Shown: piece by piece, positions 39,167 to 52,984 of the stretch
How positions within the stretch are numbered: position 1 is the stretch's first letter
Layout: each line of letters opens with the position of its first letter
Source: Guillardia theta CCMP2712
Lineage: Eukaryota > Protista > Cryptophyta
Length of the DNA: 64,000 nucleotides
Assembly (NCBI RefSeq): GCF_000315625.1
Contig: NW_005434648.1
Span: 676,236-740,235 of the forward strand
Direction of reading: 5' to 3'
Notes under the pieces: model-generated
Seen by the model: only the letters and a program-made list of their open reading frames with translations
Told to the model about the DNA's origin: nothing
Databases searched by the model: none
Made by a program: the position numbers and the translations under genes

Positions 39167-40837
39167 ATGCAGAACCAGTGGAAGAAGGTGAGGTGGTCGA
39201 TGAGAGATGAGAGAAGGAGGATCCTGTGAGGTCGACACCTGAGTTGGCAATTCCCAACACATTCTGATATCTTGACATTCTGTGCTGCTAGAACGCGTTC
39301 AGTGCCTATCTAAGATATGGAACAGGTGCTCTTGATGGGCAAGAGCAATGCGGGGAAAACCTCGATGAGGTCGATTATCTTTGCGAACTACATTGGTAGA
39401 ATTGTGATAATTCTTGCTGGTTCCACGTGTGGTGACATGATGTGTTTCTAATCATCAGCTAGAGAGACTACAAGATTGGGATACACTCAGGTTCAAGAGA
39501 ACCCACGACAGGGTACCTAGGTGACTCTGTGTGCAGGATGTCGAACATTCGCATGTCCGTTTCCTTGGGAATTTAGTTCTCAATTTATGGGATTGTGGTG
39601 GGCAAGAAGCATATATGGAATCATACTTTGAGTCACAGGTATTGTTTAATTTCTTTGGCGCATGGGCTGAAAGTTTGCTTCATAGCGCGATCATATTTTC
39701 CGAAATGTTGCAGTCTTGATTTATGTATTTGATATCGAAAGTCAGCAGATGGCCAAAGATATGCAGGTATGCAAGGATGTTAGTTCTGTTATATTGATTT
39801 GTCTTCATTTTTAAAGTACTTCACGCTCTGCATCGATGCACTCAAAACAAACTCCGAGAATCCGAAAGTGTTCTGTCTGGTTTGTTAATTTCCTGCGTTT
39901 TGCGCCGTTGAATTCTCTGTGAAGGTCCACAAGATGGATCTTGTACCTGAGGAGACCCGCGACCAGGTGTTCGAGAAGCAGGTTTCGAGCTCTTACGGAG
40001 TTGTGGAGTGAAACTGATGTTGCTGCAGGAGGCCCTCATCCGAGGGGTGGTGGGTTCTCTGGATACCACATGCTTTCAGGTTCTCCTGCTCTGATTCATT
40101 TAGCAACTCACTCAGCGCGAAAGACCTCCATATGGGACGAAACTCTTTATCGGGCCTGGTCGCAGATTGTCTACAGGTTGATGAAGATTCGCAAGCTAAA
40201 GAGCTTAATCTGCCCTGCAGCTTGATTCCGAACGTTGCTGCACTGGAAAATCATCTTGCTTCCTTCTGTCAGGTATCGAGACCTTGCAATGCTGACAACT
40301 TAACCTACCGTTTCCTCTCAAAGGGATGTGGAGCAGATGAAGTAGTTCTCTTCGAGCGAGCAACGTTCTTGGTAATCTCTCATTCCACTCAAAAGGCGTT
40401 TCGAGACGTCCACAGGTGTCAACATAGCGCCATGTCTTTTATCCTCTTTGATTCTGTTTGAAAAGATTTGAGAAGATTTCGAACATCATTAAGCAGTTCA
40501 AATTATCTTGCTCGAAATCGCAAGCACAATTTAACAGGATGCAGGTGTGTCACACAATGTCGTGTTGCGCTGCAGAGGGTCTAATGCAGAATTCAGATCA
40601 AAAACAGCAAATTTACTGCCATCATCGATGCGTTCACCCCGACCACCTGCATCATGGTTGGTTTTGATGCAGTCAACAAGCCTTTCTTAATGAAATTTGC
40701 TTGATCAGGTAATCTGTTCGGATCCAGCAGCTCTACCGGCGATGACGCTTGTGAACATCAACAATGCAAGATCTTACTTTGAGAAGCATATTAGTATGGA
40801 TATAGGAGGGGAGGCGAGCAGCGGCAAAGCCGTCTGA
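39167..40837 (+). CDS. RRAGA: Rag GTPase A/B (Gtr1)
   Basis: [98 protein letters not shown]. Confidence 0.95.
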
Positions 40838-41546
40838 GCAAGTTGCCACTTGAATGAATGTAATTTGACGGTAATCGGCCGGGCCCGGCCCGCGGCGGCC
40901 GCAGCCTCAGACTCCCACTGAGCCTTCGGCAGATGGCTGGCAGGCTGAGCACGTGACTCACGGCGGGCAGCACGGCTGTTGCAGCACTGCACTGCACTGT
41001 GACTGGCACTGCAGTTCGGAGTTCATTCCGCCGCTGAGTCAAGGGCAGGCGGACTCTGAGGCGGGTTCCGGGGTAGGAATGAGCGGGGATGAGGGCCACC
41101 AGCTGGCAGAGGCTTTGAGACGTTGGCGGGATATGGAGGGGAAGGGGAAACGACAAGAGTCAAGAACAAGGAAGGCAAGAGAAGACAGAAGAAGAGATGA
41201 GAGAAGAGAAGAAGAGAGAAGAAGTCCTGAGGGCAGCGAACAAGAGAAGAGATGGGAAGAGAGCAGGAGGAAGGAGTCAGGATCACAAGCACGAGTAAGA
41301 TGACCAAGGGAAATATGCTGAGAAGATTAGATGGTTCGAGAGCTTGAAGTGAGACTCTAGAGGATCCTCTACTCGGCTATATGAGTAAACCATCTGGTGA
41401 AGAAAAGAGACATGTCCTGGGTATTAGTAAGGCACATAGAAGACGGGAGGGAAGCTTATTTCTAATGAGATATTAGCTGTGATGAACAAATGGGGAAAGA
41501 GCATTTCAGAGTATAAAAACTAAGACTGACTCAATTTGCTCACAAG

Positions 41547-43758
41547 ATGTCTTCCGAGGATGCAGCTCTGTCCGCCATCTACAAGGCCGCAGATGCCCTT
41601 CTAGATGTCAATTCAAAGTTGACGAGCGAAGGAGTAGACGAATTCTCAGCTGTACTCAATCTTTTTCTTGTTACAGTTTTCTTTGTGACATAATGGCAGA
41701 ACGCTTCTCACTTTCAGTGCATGATGGACAATGCGAAAGTTGGTCCCAAGTGCAAGCAACTCGCTTTGAATGTGTTGCCGAAGTACGTCAGCAAGTTTCC
41801 TGAGATGGCAGATTCTGCCCTGGATATCCTCATCGACTTGTTCGAGGAGAGCGACAAGGTAATAGTATGCTTTCACAATTTTTTTTCGTGACGTTTTTGT
41901 TAGTATCACCTCAAAGCCATTCAAGGATTCCGTGTCATTGCCAGCTCAGCTTCCTCTCCCGTGATCTCCAAGCTGGTGGGAGTTCTTGGACAAATCATTT
42001 TGTCAGAGGATGAGAAGGAAGTTGAAGCAGTCAACGATGCGTTGGTTCAAGCTTTAGAGAGGGATGTGAAAGCTACTCTTTCAGCGCTGTTTGAACAGAT
42101 GAGCTCAGATGAACAGCTTCGGAGCAAAACGACATCGTTCATTCAGAGAGAACTCATACCACGGGCAAACTCCCTTCTGAACTCATCTGATGAAGTACAA
42201 TCTTTTGTTTCGGAAAACTTGAAAAGAATCATGGGCTCTGGCATCAATTCAAAGGAATTCAATCTGTTCATGAAAGTTTTGTTCTGCATGAACAAGTACA
42301 AGAATGGAGAGGAGGGAGCTAACGAGCTTTTGGACTTTGTTCACACGTCTATCGATCTTAATTCGGACTTTTCTCCGAATTCAGATCAAGCGGACAAATT
42401 CATTCTATGTGCAGGCAGCGCAAAGCTGATCTTCCAGCACGGTGCTTCACCATACAAGCTTTTCAGCTATATTTCCAAGAAAGTTCTGCCTAAATTTGAA
42501 GAAATGAGCGAGACTCATCAAATAAGCTTGCTGAAAACCGTTGCTGAAATTTCTCCATTTGCGCTAGGATCGTCAGCGAGAGAGTGAGCCTTCTTTGCAG
42601 TGACTCAGTCGAACACTGAGGTGTGACAAAATTGTCAGATGCCTCCCGCATCTCTACCCACTGTTCTTTTCACATGTTCCGAAGAAGACTGAAGCAGAGG
42701 AAAAGATAAACTTTCTCGCTGGGGAGTGCTTGCTTTATGCATTTCACCAGGTCCATTCACGATATCTTCCAAGTGCTCCTGTGCTAACTTGCATGATGTC
42801 CAGCTTGGATCGAAAGTTCCTGGGTTCCTTCATGCACTTTGTGGAATCAAGATCAACACAGGACAACCAGAAAACAGGTCTGTAGTACCTCACGTGGTAG
42901 TGCATTGATGACTCGAGACCTCTACAGATTAGATGAAGATTTCAGCGCAAAGCTCAATCAATTGCACACTTCCTTATCCTTGATGCTTTCAGAAAGCAAA
43001 AAGTTTGCAGCAAAGCTTCGAGAGGTAGTTTCCTCCATGATGAATTTTCAGACTGAATGGTAGCCTGAAGGTTCAAAAGAAATTGAATGAGGAAAATCCG
43101 ACAACGGATAATGCCAAGAAAGAACTACAGACCAAAAAAGAATCCTGCTTGATGTCTTTGAAGTCCTGCACGGTATCTCAACCTGTGCTTTGCATATCAT
43201 TTCTTATTGTTGGAACAGAACATCATCGCCATGGCAAACAGTTTGAAGGAGCTCAACTTGAAGGATCCCAAATTCTTGGCAGAGAAAGCTGCAGTCAACC
43301 TGTAAGAAATTCAAGATAGAACTTTGCTCTTTTGACGTGTTGCAGATCGTTTAAAGCGAACAAACAAGGACAGGCTGTTGGCAATAAACGTCGCCAAGAC
43401 TCCAGCAACAGAGGAGGAGGCAATGCTGACCGCCCTGTGAAGCGGCAGGTAGGGCATAGAGCTGCTGTTAAGAGTTGGCCTCACTCTTGTGCAGGCACAA
43501 GCGACCAATGGCGGAGGGCGACCAATGCGCGGAAGCGGCTCTGGTGCTGGGTTCTCAGGACGCGGGCGAGGAGGTGATGTTGTTGTGTTTCTGTGCCAGT
43601 CCGTTTCCTCACGCTCTCCTCCCTTGCCAACAATAGGACAATTCGGAGGGCAAGCAGGCGGCCGAGGAGGACGAGGCGGCGGAGGCGGGCGAGGTGGACG
43701 AGGACAGGGAATGATGTACGGTCGAGGAGGCAGAGGCGGACGTGGGGCGCGAAGATGA
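41547..43758 (+). CDS. API5: Apoptosis inhibitor 5 (API5)-like protein with an RGG tail
   Basis: KCKQLALNVLPKYVSKFPEMADSALDILIDLFEE, KLVGVLGQII..EVEAVNDALV..DVKATLSALF, ECLLYAFHQL, C-terminal RGG repeats. Confidence 0.85.
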
Positions 43759-43865
43759 TGCGATACCGAGGGAGGAAGTGAATTTCTTTCAACACCATGA
43801 CAATGCCGCACTCCTCGTGATTCTCATTGAGTTAACAAGATTTTGCTTTAAAGATTTCAACCCCA

Positions 43866-44940
43866 TCATGATTGCGGGCTGCTCATTGCTGTGCTAGGGT
43901 CGATGAACCAGTCGGAGTAACTGCCGTACATTTGCACGAGCCCCCCGCTGGGAGAGAACCCCAGCTTAGTAGCTTGTATCTGCGACCTCCTTCGCTTCCC
44001 CTCGTCTGGCGTCAACATCAGAGAATCCGGTCCAGACTTGTCTGTAGGAGATGAAGGCTTTGCTTCCTTTGCCCAACGAGAAAGGCAGTCTTCGAATGTC
44101 GTGAGATTCCTGATCATGGGCTTTGACTGACGCACGTACTTGCAGAAAGGACCTGTATACTGAATGATGTGGCTGTATTCTGTCATGTCAATCAATTTCA
44201 TGCCTTTGCACATTTCAAAAAACTTTACCCTTGTTCCGGAACTTATCTGCGAGCTCATCCTCTTTGATATCTGCTTCGGGTTTAATCTGCACATTCAAAG
44301 AGATTTTATGCGTCTTGGGTGCAAACAAATAGTTCTTGCGGCTTTCAGGAAACTTGGTGCTTCTTGACAACCTTTCAGCCCGTAAAATCTTGCGCGAAAT
44401 CTCATCGTTGATCGCTGTGAAAGTATCTGATGGCTTTGCTTCACTTTTCTTTGCCACAGGGTGGTGGTGCAAGGGTACATGGCTAGGGAAGATGTAACTT
44501 CTGTGTGGTGTGATCAGATCTGTTACGACGGTACGCGGAAGCCTCTCTTCAGTGTTGATCAAGTCCAAGGTGTGCAGTACTTCTTTTGAATTCACTCGTT
44601 CAATTCTATTCTGTGCTTGTGAGTTCTGACTAAATCTGGGTGCTGGGAAGTCATCCTCTTCATCTTTTACAATTTCATTCGCGATACGAAAAATGTCTGT
44701 GGTCCGATAAAGCTGCGACAATCTCTTGTCACGCATTCTAATTCTGGCTTCTGCGTGATTGCATCTTCCATGAAAGCTCTTCACTGACACCTCAATGTGC
44801 TGGTAATCACGACCCACTGCAAGGCAATCGCTTTATTTTCCCACAAATCTGGCACGGATTGGTGTTGAAATTCAATCCCCTTCCCAGTGAAACTATCACC
44901 TCTTCTGTTCTTTTCTCCTTCTCTCCACCTCTGATCTATG
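43866..44940 (-). CDS. Hypothetical protein
   Basis: Two overlapping minus-strand ORFs (200 and 142 aa), probably joined by an intron; no recognisable domain. Confidence 0.45.
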
Positions 44941-46680
44941 CTTTCTTCTCATCTCCTGCTCATCGCAGCCACCATCGGGTAGATTCCCTTTGCTAATTCT
45001 CAGTTAGGAGATAGGTCCACTGTGGCCCTTGCATACCCCCACCCTTCTCATCAAGTACCCCACCTTCCCTTATGAAATTACCCCCCTTGTTCACTGTGCA
45101 CACTACCCTTCATATCCTTTCAAACTACCCTATCACTTGCCTCTTCCTGTCAGTACCCCTACCTGTTTTCCATAGCTCTTACTCACGGGTCCTCGACGTC
45201 TGTCGATTGCTGCCGATCTATTTCGGGACAGGACAACATCGCAGACGAAGAGCAAGGCACAGCAGAGAAAATGAAAGAAACCTGCTGGTGCGGCAGATAG
45301 CCTAGTCGGGCTCCTTGCAAGTTGAAGGAGAGATTCAAATTGAAGAATTATTCGCAGTTTTGCATCATGTTATTAGTGACAACTTGCGTTGAATACATCA
45401 AAATCAAGACAGGAATATACTGAGTGTTAGACGAAATGAGCGAAGCACTGAGTGAAACTTAGCGGCATCAACAGCGAGAGATAATATGGATAAGAAACCT
45501 TAGCATCATATTCTACTTCTCCGACTTTTTCAAAGGATTTGTGTTGTATACAGTGCGGGGGGGCAGGATTTGTGTTGTATACACAGCACTGCACACAACA
45601 CGTTGTACATTGTGTATACAACAATTTGTTCTAGTTGCTGATTGAATTTGTAGATTTGTCCTGATAATTGACTTGTTTTTTCATTATTTGGTTGGTACTC
45701 TCAATCGAGTCAATAGGAATCTTGTTCTGATCCAGCATGAATTTGACGTTCTTACAGATGTTTGGAAGCCTCACTGCTGTCTTTGGAAACAAGCAAGAAT
45801 TCGAGTCTCTCGACTTTGTATAATCGCGCTTTCTGCTTCCAATTTGCTGACACGACTGTATCTGCAGTGGCCTGATACCAACATGAACGGATATGCCTAT
45901 TTCCATCGCGTTGACCGAACCAATGGAGGCGATGTCAACGCCACTCATCACACTGGTTACGCAAAGAAGCACCCCTTTTGGTATTAATCGCATATGACCT
46001 CAATGGTCTGATGTTTTGTGATTAATTAAATTACGCTGTTTTGCTATTTTTGCTATGTGTCTGTAAGTGAGCTTAAATGCTTGTTCGTGTGCCACGTGTC
46101 AAGAAGGTTATAACAAATATAATGTTCTTTGAGCAAACTTGGCGAAAGTATATCATTCTACAACACCAGAGATGATTTGTCCCCATGTGATACAATGCAA
46201 TATCCTCTTCAGGTTGAGAGTGACACAAAACCCAATGTTTTGTATTTTGTGCTCCAATGGAGTCTTTGCGATGTTTTGATAATCACCTTATGCCTTGGAT
46301 TCCTGAGTGCGTTCTCATAGTAATTTGCCATCACCAGAATAAGAATCGAACTAAACATCTGAGCATATTCGAGGATAACCTAGATTTGAATGATGTGTTC
46401 ATGTTAGATCATATAGACTTTACTAAATGATTGAATGTGATGCCATTTTCTCCGTTGATTGAACGTGATAATCACCTCCTTTGTTTGGCAATGTTGAATC
46501 ACAATATGTGCAGATTGTAATGAACCGCTTCTCAACTTTGGGCTTAGTGATGTCTGTTTCTATGTCTTTGATCTTGTACAAAGGCACGGAAGACTTTAAG
46601 ACATCTTGGAAGAACTGGACATCGCATTGAAACTCATTTCAGAAAAAACTTGCACATTTTTATTCTCATACAAACACTAT

Positions 46681-47169
46681 TTAGACTTGAGTTCCGCGAA
46701 CATCATCCTCAGCCTCCTGTTGCTGCTCAGGCTGTCTCACAGCTCCCCACACAGCGCCGATAGGCACTCCGTAGATGGCGCACTCCTGAGGAGTGAGCTT
46801 GTCTCCAGGGAGCTCAGGAGGAGCATTGATGACTCCCGGCATCGAAAGAGGAGCACCGGGCATCAACGGGGCACCAAAGGAAGGAAGGAACGCTGGAGGA
46901 GCTACATTGGAAGCAACAGGCGCCTGGCTTCCGGAAGCGTTCTGATTGGGAGCCTGAGAGAAAACAGGAGCCCCAGGGAGGAATGGTGCTCCAGAGATCA
47001 AAGGCGCTCCAGCCATGATAGGAGCTCCAGACATCATGGGAGCTCCAGAGATAAATGGGGCTCCAGCGACGGGACCAGACACAGGGAGGGACGAATACAT
47101 AGGAAGGGATTGCGCCATGCTTGTGGGAACTCGCGTCGGCAGCAGCCCACCCGTAGGAAATAGAGGCAC
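46681..47169 (-). CDS. Small Pro/Gly-rich repeat protein
   Basis: Hexapeptide repeats (S/A/P)GAP(F/M/I/L)x and a terminal LTPQECAIYGVPIGAVWG module. Confidence 0.6.
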   Translation of the reverse strand: MPLFPTGGLLPTRVPTSMAQSLPMYSSLPVSGPVAGAPFISGAPMMSGAPIMAGAPLISGAPFLPGAPVFSQAPNQNASGSQAPVASNVAPPAFLPSFGAPLMPGAPLSMPGVINAPPELPGDKLTPQECAIYGVPIGAVWGAVRQPEQQQEAEDDVRGTQV

Positions 47170-49214
47170 GCGCTCGTTACACCTTTACTACCCACCCCCT
47201 CGATCCCTGCATTCACCCCACTTACATGAAAAGTTACCCACCCCCCTTATCTTCCCTGAACCCGTCCACAAACCTACCTTGAATACCAACACCCCCCCCA
47301 CCCCTTCAAATTCCGATTCCAACGTTCATTCTACCCCACCTGTACCCACCCATAGAAAGCAAAACTTCAACCCCCCCTTCTCCACCCCCCCATCCCCACC
47401 TCCTTCAGTTTGACCAGGAAGTCAAGGCCTTCTACTCAAGCATTCCATCGATAGAGCCAAAGGTCTTTTACTACTATCCTTCAGGCTGTCGATGAGCATC
47501 CGCATGCAACTCAGCTCATCAGCTATTTGTCCTACCCCCACCCCTACCACGTAGTATCACTGCAGGCCTTGAACCCCCGGCCCTACATCCCTGACGGTGC
47601 CCCCGGCATCATCACCACCCCCGTTCTCCCCATTTCGGATTTGCTTTAACAAAAGTACCCCTACTCATTATTGTTCACTTCCATCGGATAACCGTGCCAG
47701 AGGAGTACCCTGTCATTGCGTACCCTCCAGTTCTAGAATTTTCCAACCTACACCCCCTCATTTCCTGCCCCAAAAAAGAAATTTGAAAATTTGCATGAAG
47801 GTTGTGGAGAAAGGTTCAAATATTGTCTCACACAATGTTGAGAGATGTACTTTGTGAACGAATACCGAACTATTGCATCGATTGGAGTGACTCATTCATG
47901 GGGTACCCCCTGGCTTTAGCGAGCCTCTGTACCCTTGCTACCCCACTCCCGGGGGGTAGACCGTACTACCCCACCTGATAGCTTCGTGTCTACTCACTCT
48001 ACTCATTGGACGGACCGTTCCAGGTTTCCGATCGGATATTCGTTCCCCCACCCTTAGGCCCTGGTATTGAAATTACTCAAAATATAAGGACCCTACCACA
48101 TCAAATGTGTTCAACTACCGGGTACATCAGAGTTCCTCCTCAATTGAGTATATCGCATTTAGTAAGACTTCGCCAGTGAAAATCCCGTTGGAAAAAAAAG
48201 TTTGAAACTTTCTAACTGAAAGCCTGTTTTGAGTTCCAGGTTTGTGAACTTGTGATCAGATAGGAAGGCACAGAAACACAGAAACACCGTCACCGGGCAG
48301 AAAACTGCATCCGGCGGCACAGAAAAGTTTCAGGTCAACAAGGGAAGAATGAAGCCGAATATAAATGACAAGAGCGCAATACTGGCAGACAAACTTACAG
48401 GTCCTTGCACATGTGGCCGCGTCATGTACTAGAGTCAAAAAAAATCTTCGATGATGACTCAGTGATTGAATGCATTCGCCCAACTTGACACACAGACTAG
48501 TAAGTGAAAATGCCAGCTCCCGAGTCCATCGGAGCAGGCCGGGCCCCCCGTTTACACACCATGGAATGTGCGCTCAGTAGTCGCCCCAACACAGATGCGT
48601 CTTACCTCCGAGGCTCGTAGTTGGGTGAAGGCAAGCCTGGAACTTCGGAAGGGTCCAACCTATCGACAAAGAGGACTCCCGGCGCCTGAGGGCCGAACAG
48701 CCTCCTGAGCGCCGCCTCCGAACGAGGCTCGGGCCCGGCCCGGCCCGCTGCCTCACTGGTAAAGGGACCGGTGCGGGCTTGCGACTCATACCGTCACCGT
48801 AGGCTGGGCCGCTCGGCGCTTTTGTGGCGTGTTATCAATAGTGGAGATGGGGGGTAGGGGTTCAGATGTGACGGGTAAAGAGAAATCTGGCAGGGGTGGG
48901 GGTCTAAATTTATGATCATGGAACCAACAGAAACTTATTGAAAGAGCGGACTCTTACTCTACTGGGGTAGAGAAATGATGGGTAGTACTGGATTTGTTGA
49001 TGGTCAGGGTAGAATTTGTATTTTTAATCCGGGGGTAGGGGTAATCATACAGAGAGGGGAGGCGGGTACGAAGGGGGTCAAGGATGATGCGTCACAAGGA
49101 ATTCAGTCGTCCAAGAGCTTCAGGGGGTGGGGTGGCACTCAAATAGGTGGTAGGGGTTAATTAGTACCCGTACATTATATTCCTTTTCATGGTAAAAATA
49201 AGGGGTATGCATGA

Positions 49215-50531
<1,317 letters not shown>

Positions 50532-50664
50532 AAATGATTCGAACAATTCAATTCTATCATGTCCAACATCTGTAAGCTTATTCGATCAGTTCGAAACGTC
50601 TTGCGAAGCATTTGTGTTCAGCAGCTGAGGGGACTTCGAGCCTATCAAGCGCTTTTAGGAGTCA

Positions 50665-51956
50665 TCATGGATTCTTCACGAATGTGAACAGACTCACATG
50701 TCTCTGGTGCGGTTTGAGAACGTGCAGCAGTTCATGTCCCATGGCCTGTGGCATTGTCAAAGAAATAACTTGAGGAGAGAGAGTAAAATTCATAGAATCA
50801 CCACGTTGTATCCTACATTCAAAAGCTCTACGACTTCGATCTGCGATTGCGGTCTTGCGAAGTGTTTTAACGAGATGCTGGTGAAGCACATTGTTTCAGT
50901 GGACGATTCAACTGTTTCTCTTTCGCACCTCCCCGATGGCGGGTGAATGTCACGATCGTGGAATCTACCGAGCGGGTCTAAAATTGTTCGCACGGCGACG
51001 TCAACCAAAGGCTCCATGGGCGTCGCCAGATGCTCAACCCCACCATCTATCCAAAGCCCCCTCCAGCCCTTGTGCCATGAGAGGATGGGCATGGCAACAA
51101 AGCCTGGCAGAGCCATGGAGGCGACAACAGCATCGATGAGTTCGTCATTGCTTGAAAACTCGCTGACGAAGCGCATCGAAAGGAGCGGCCAAGAGCAGAT
51201 GGCAATGTGATATCGACCCGAGACTTGTTTGTAAAAGTCTGGCGGCAGCAAATCCTCCATCAACAGCCTGATAGGATGCAGTCGGTTGCAAAACCCGAAA
51301 AGCGGCTCCCGCAGGTGCGCACACACCATCGACTTCCACAGGCGAGGGTAGTGAGTGCGCAGCAGCAGCGAGGGATCCTTGTCTAGAAGAAGACAGATGG
51401 CGGATACGTTACCTGCACTGATGGCAAAAACTTCACATTTCTGAGCAACATCGAACTGCTCGTGGATGTACTTGCACACACCAACCTCAAATGCAAACGC
51501 CCATCCAGCACCATCAAAGAAGATGCGAGGTACGCCCTCCTTTCGCTTGCTGGGTTCAGGAGGGACACTTGACTTGAGTTTGCAGACGACCAGAACAACT
51601 TTGGATACTAATACAAAAACTGATGGCACGAACAGAACCAGGAAGACACCAATGGACAATGCCAAGTGCACGAGTGCAAGAAAGGGTCTGAGCACAACTG
51701 TCCATGTGCAGCACTTGATGTCTTCCACTTCAAAATCAATTTCCAAGGGTCTCTTATCTTCGAGGATATCGTCTTTGTTATCACTGTAAACATCTACCAC
51801 GCGTATCGACTCTTCCGTGTCCAATGTGGGCACGTCCTTTCGGTCCAATGGTGACAGTTCATCTTTAAGTTGGAGTTCAATCAGGTGTGGCCTTAATATG
51901 CCAAGTTCGATGTCGTTGGCGGGTACTTCAGCGTCGCAGGCCTGATGTTCTGACAT
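50665..51956 (-). CDS. Patatin-like phospholipase
   Basis: Gly-rich loop FDGAGWAFAFEVGV, nucleophile motif AISAG, ASMALPGF, WIDGG; an N-terminal hydrophobic segment. Confidence 0.8.
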
Positions 51957-52021
51957 ATCTCGTGCAACTTTCTAGCACGAGTCACTGACTCTCCAGGTTC
52001 ACATCTGATTGATGGACGGTA

Positions 52022-52170
52022 TTCTGAAGCTTGTTCTTATACGGTTCTGAAGCTTGTTCTTATACGGTTCTGAAGCTTGTTCTTATACGGTTCTGAAGCT
52101 TGTTCTTATACGGTTCTGAAGCTTGTTCTTATACGGTTCTGAAGCTTGTTCTTATACGGTTCTGAAGCTT
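52022..52170. repeat. Minisatellite, 23-nt unit TTCTGAAGCTTGTTCTTATACGG x ~6.5
   Basis: Perfect tandem copies starting at 52022, 52045, 52068, 52091, 52114 and 52137, plus a partial copy at 52160. Confidence 0.95.
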
Positions 52171-52984
52171 CTGCTGTACTCTACTGTCATGTCCTCTATA
52201 GGAAACATCCACAGTGTCCGAACTGATTGCTACCTCATTTCGGTGACATACCCCCACCCCTTCTTTGTCTTATCGAAACGGGGTCCTTGAAATAAGTGCT
52301 TGTCTACCCCGTCCTTGCCCAGTGAAATTGGAGGTAGTGTTGCAGCCCCTCGAGGAGCGAGAGGAGCCGAATGCTCTGCAGGGTGACGAAGGAGCGAGCG
52401 ACAATGACGAGAACATGCGCGAGGGAGGCGATGAGAGCATGCGCGAGTGAGGCGATGAGAACAAACATGATGAACTCAGAGGGGAGGAGGGGAGGAGGGG
52501 AGGAGGGGAGGGGAGGAGGAGAGGAGAAGCAGAGAAAGAACGAAGGAAGAAAAGAAAAATTCTGAGGGGAGGAAGACAAGAAGATACATGGATAACACAA
52601 AAGGAGGACATGACATGTTGGAAATAGAGCAGAGGTTGAGAGAAGTGAAGTGCACAAAAGAGTAACCAAAAGTTTGAACAAAGATTAAGGAGTCAGACTG
52701 GTTGGATCGAGCGGCAAGGTTACTTTTGACAACACATGGAAGCCGCTCGTCAAATTCTATCAACAATCGTTTGTTAATCGAATTTGAAGAGTGTAGGTGA
52801 AGTGAACTGAAAGAATACACGAGTTAATTGGGTTGGTGGCTGTAACAAGGACACAGCCAAATTTATGCCACTACACATGCGATCCGTTTGCATTCATACA
52901 TTTGATCGCAACCTTTTCTGACGTTACCTCTCCCTACGACACTCACATTCCCTTCCTTGCAGGTTGGTCTTCGAAGCTGATAAA

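Noticed and set aside
48560-48790. Possible structured ncRNA (SRP/RNase P-like)
   Set aside because: No diagnostic conserved motifs found; a splice-donor-like GGTAAG suggests a small coding exon or promoter island instead.
52022-52170. CRISPR-like array
   Set aside because: The repeats are contiguous with no spacers, there are no cas genes, and the context is eukaryotic.
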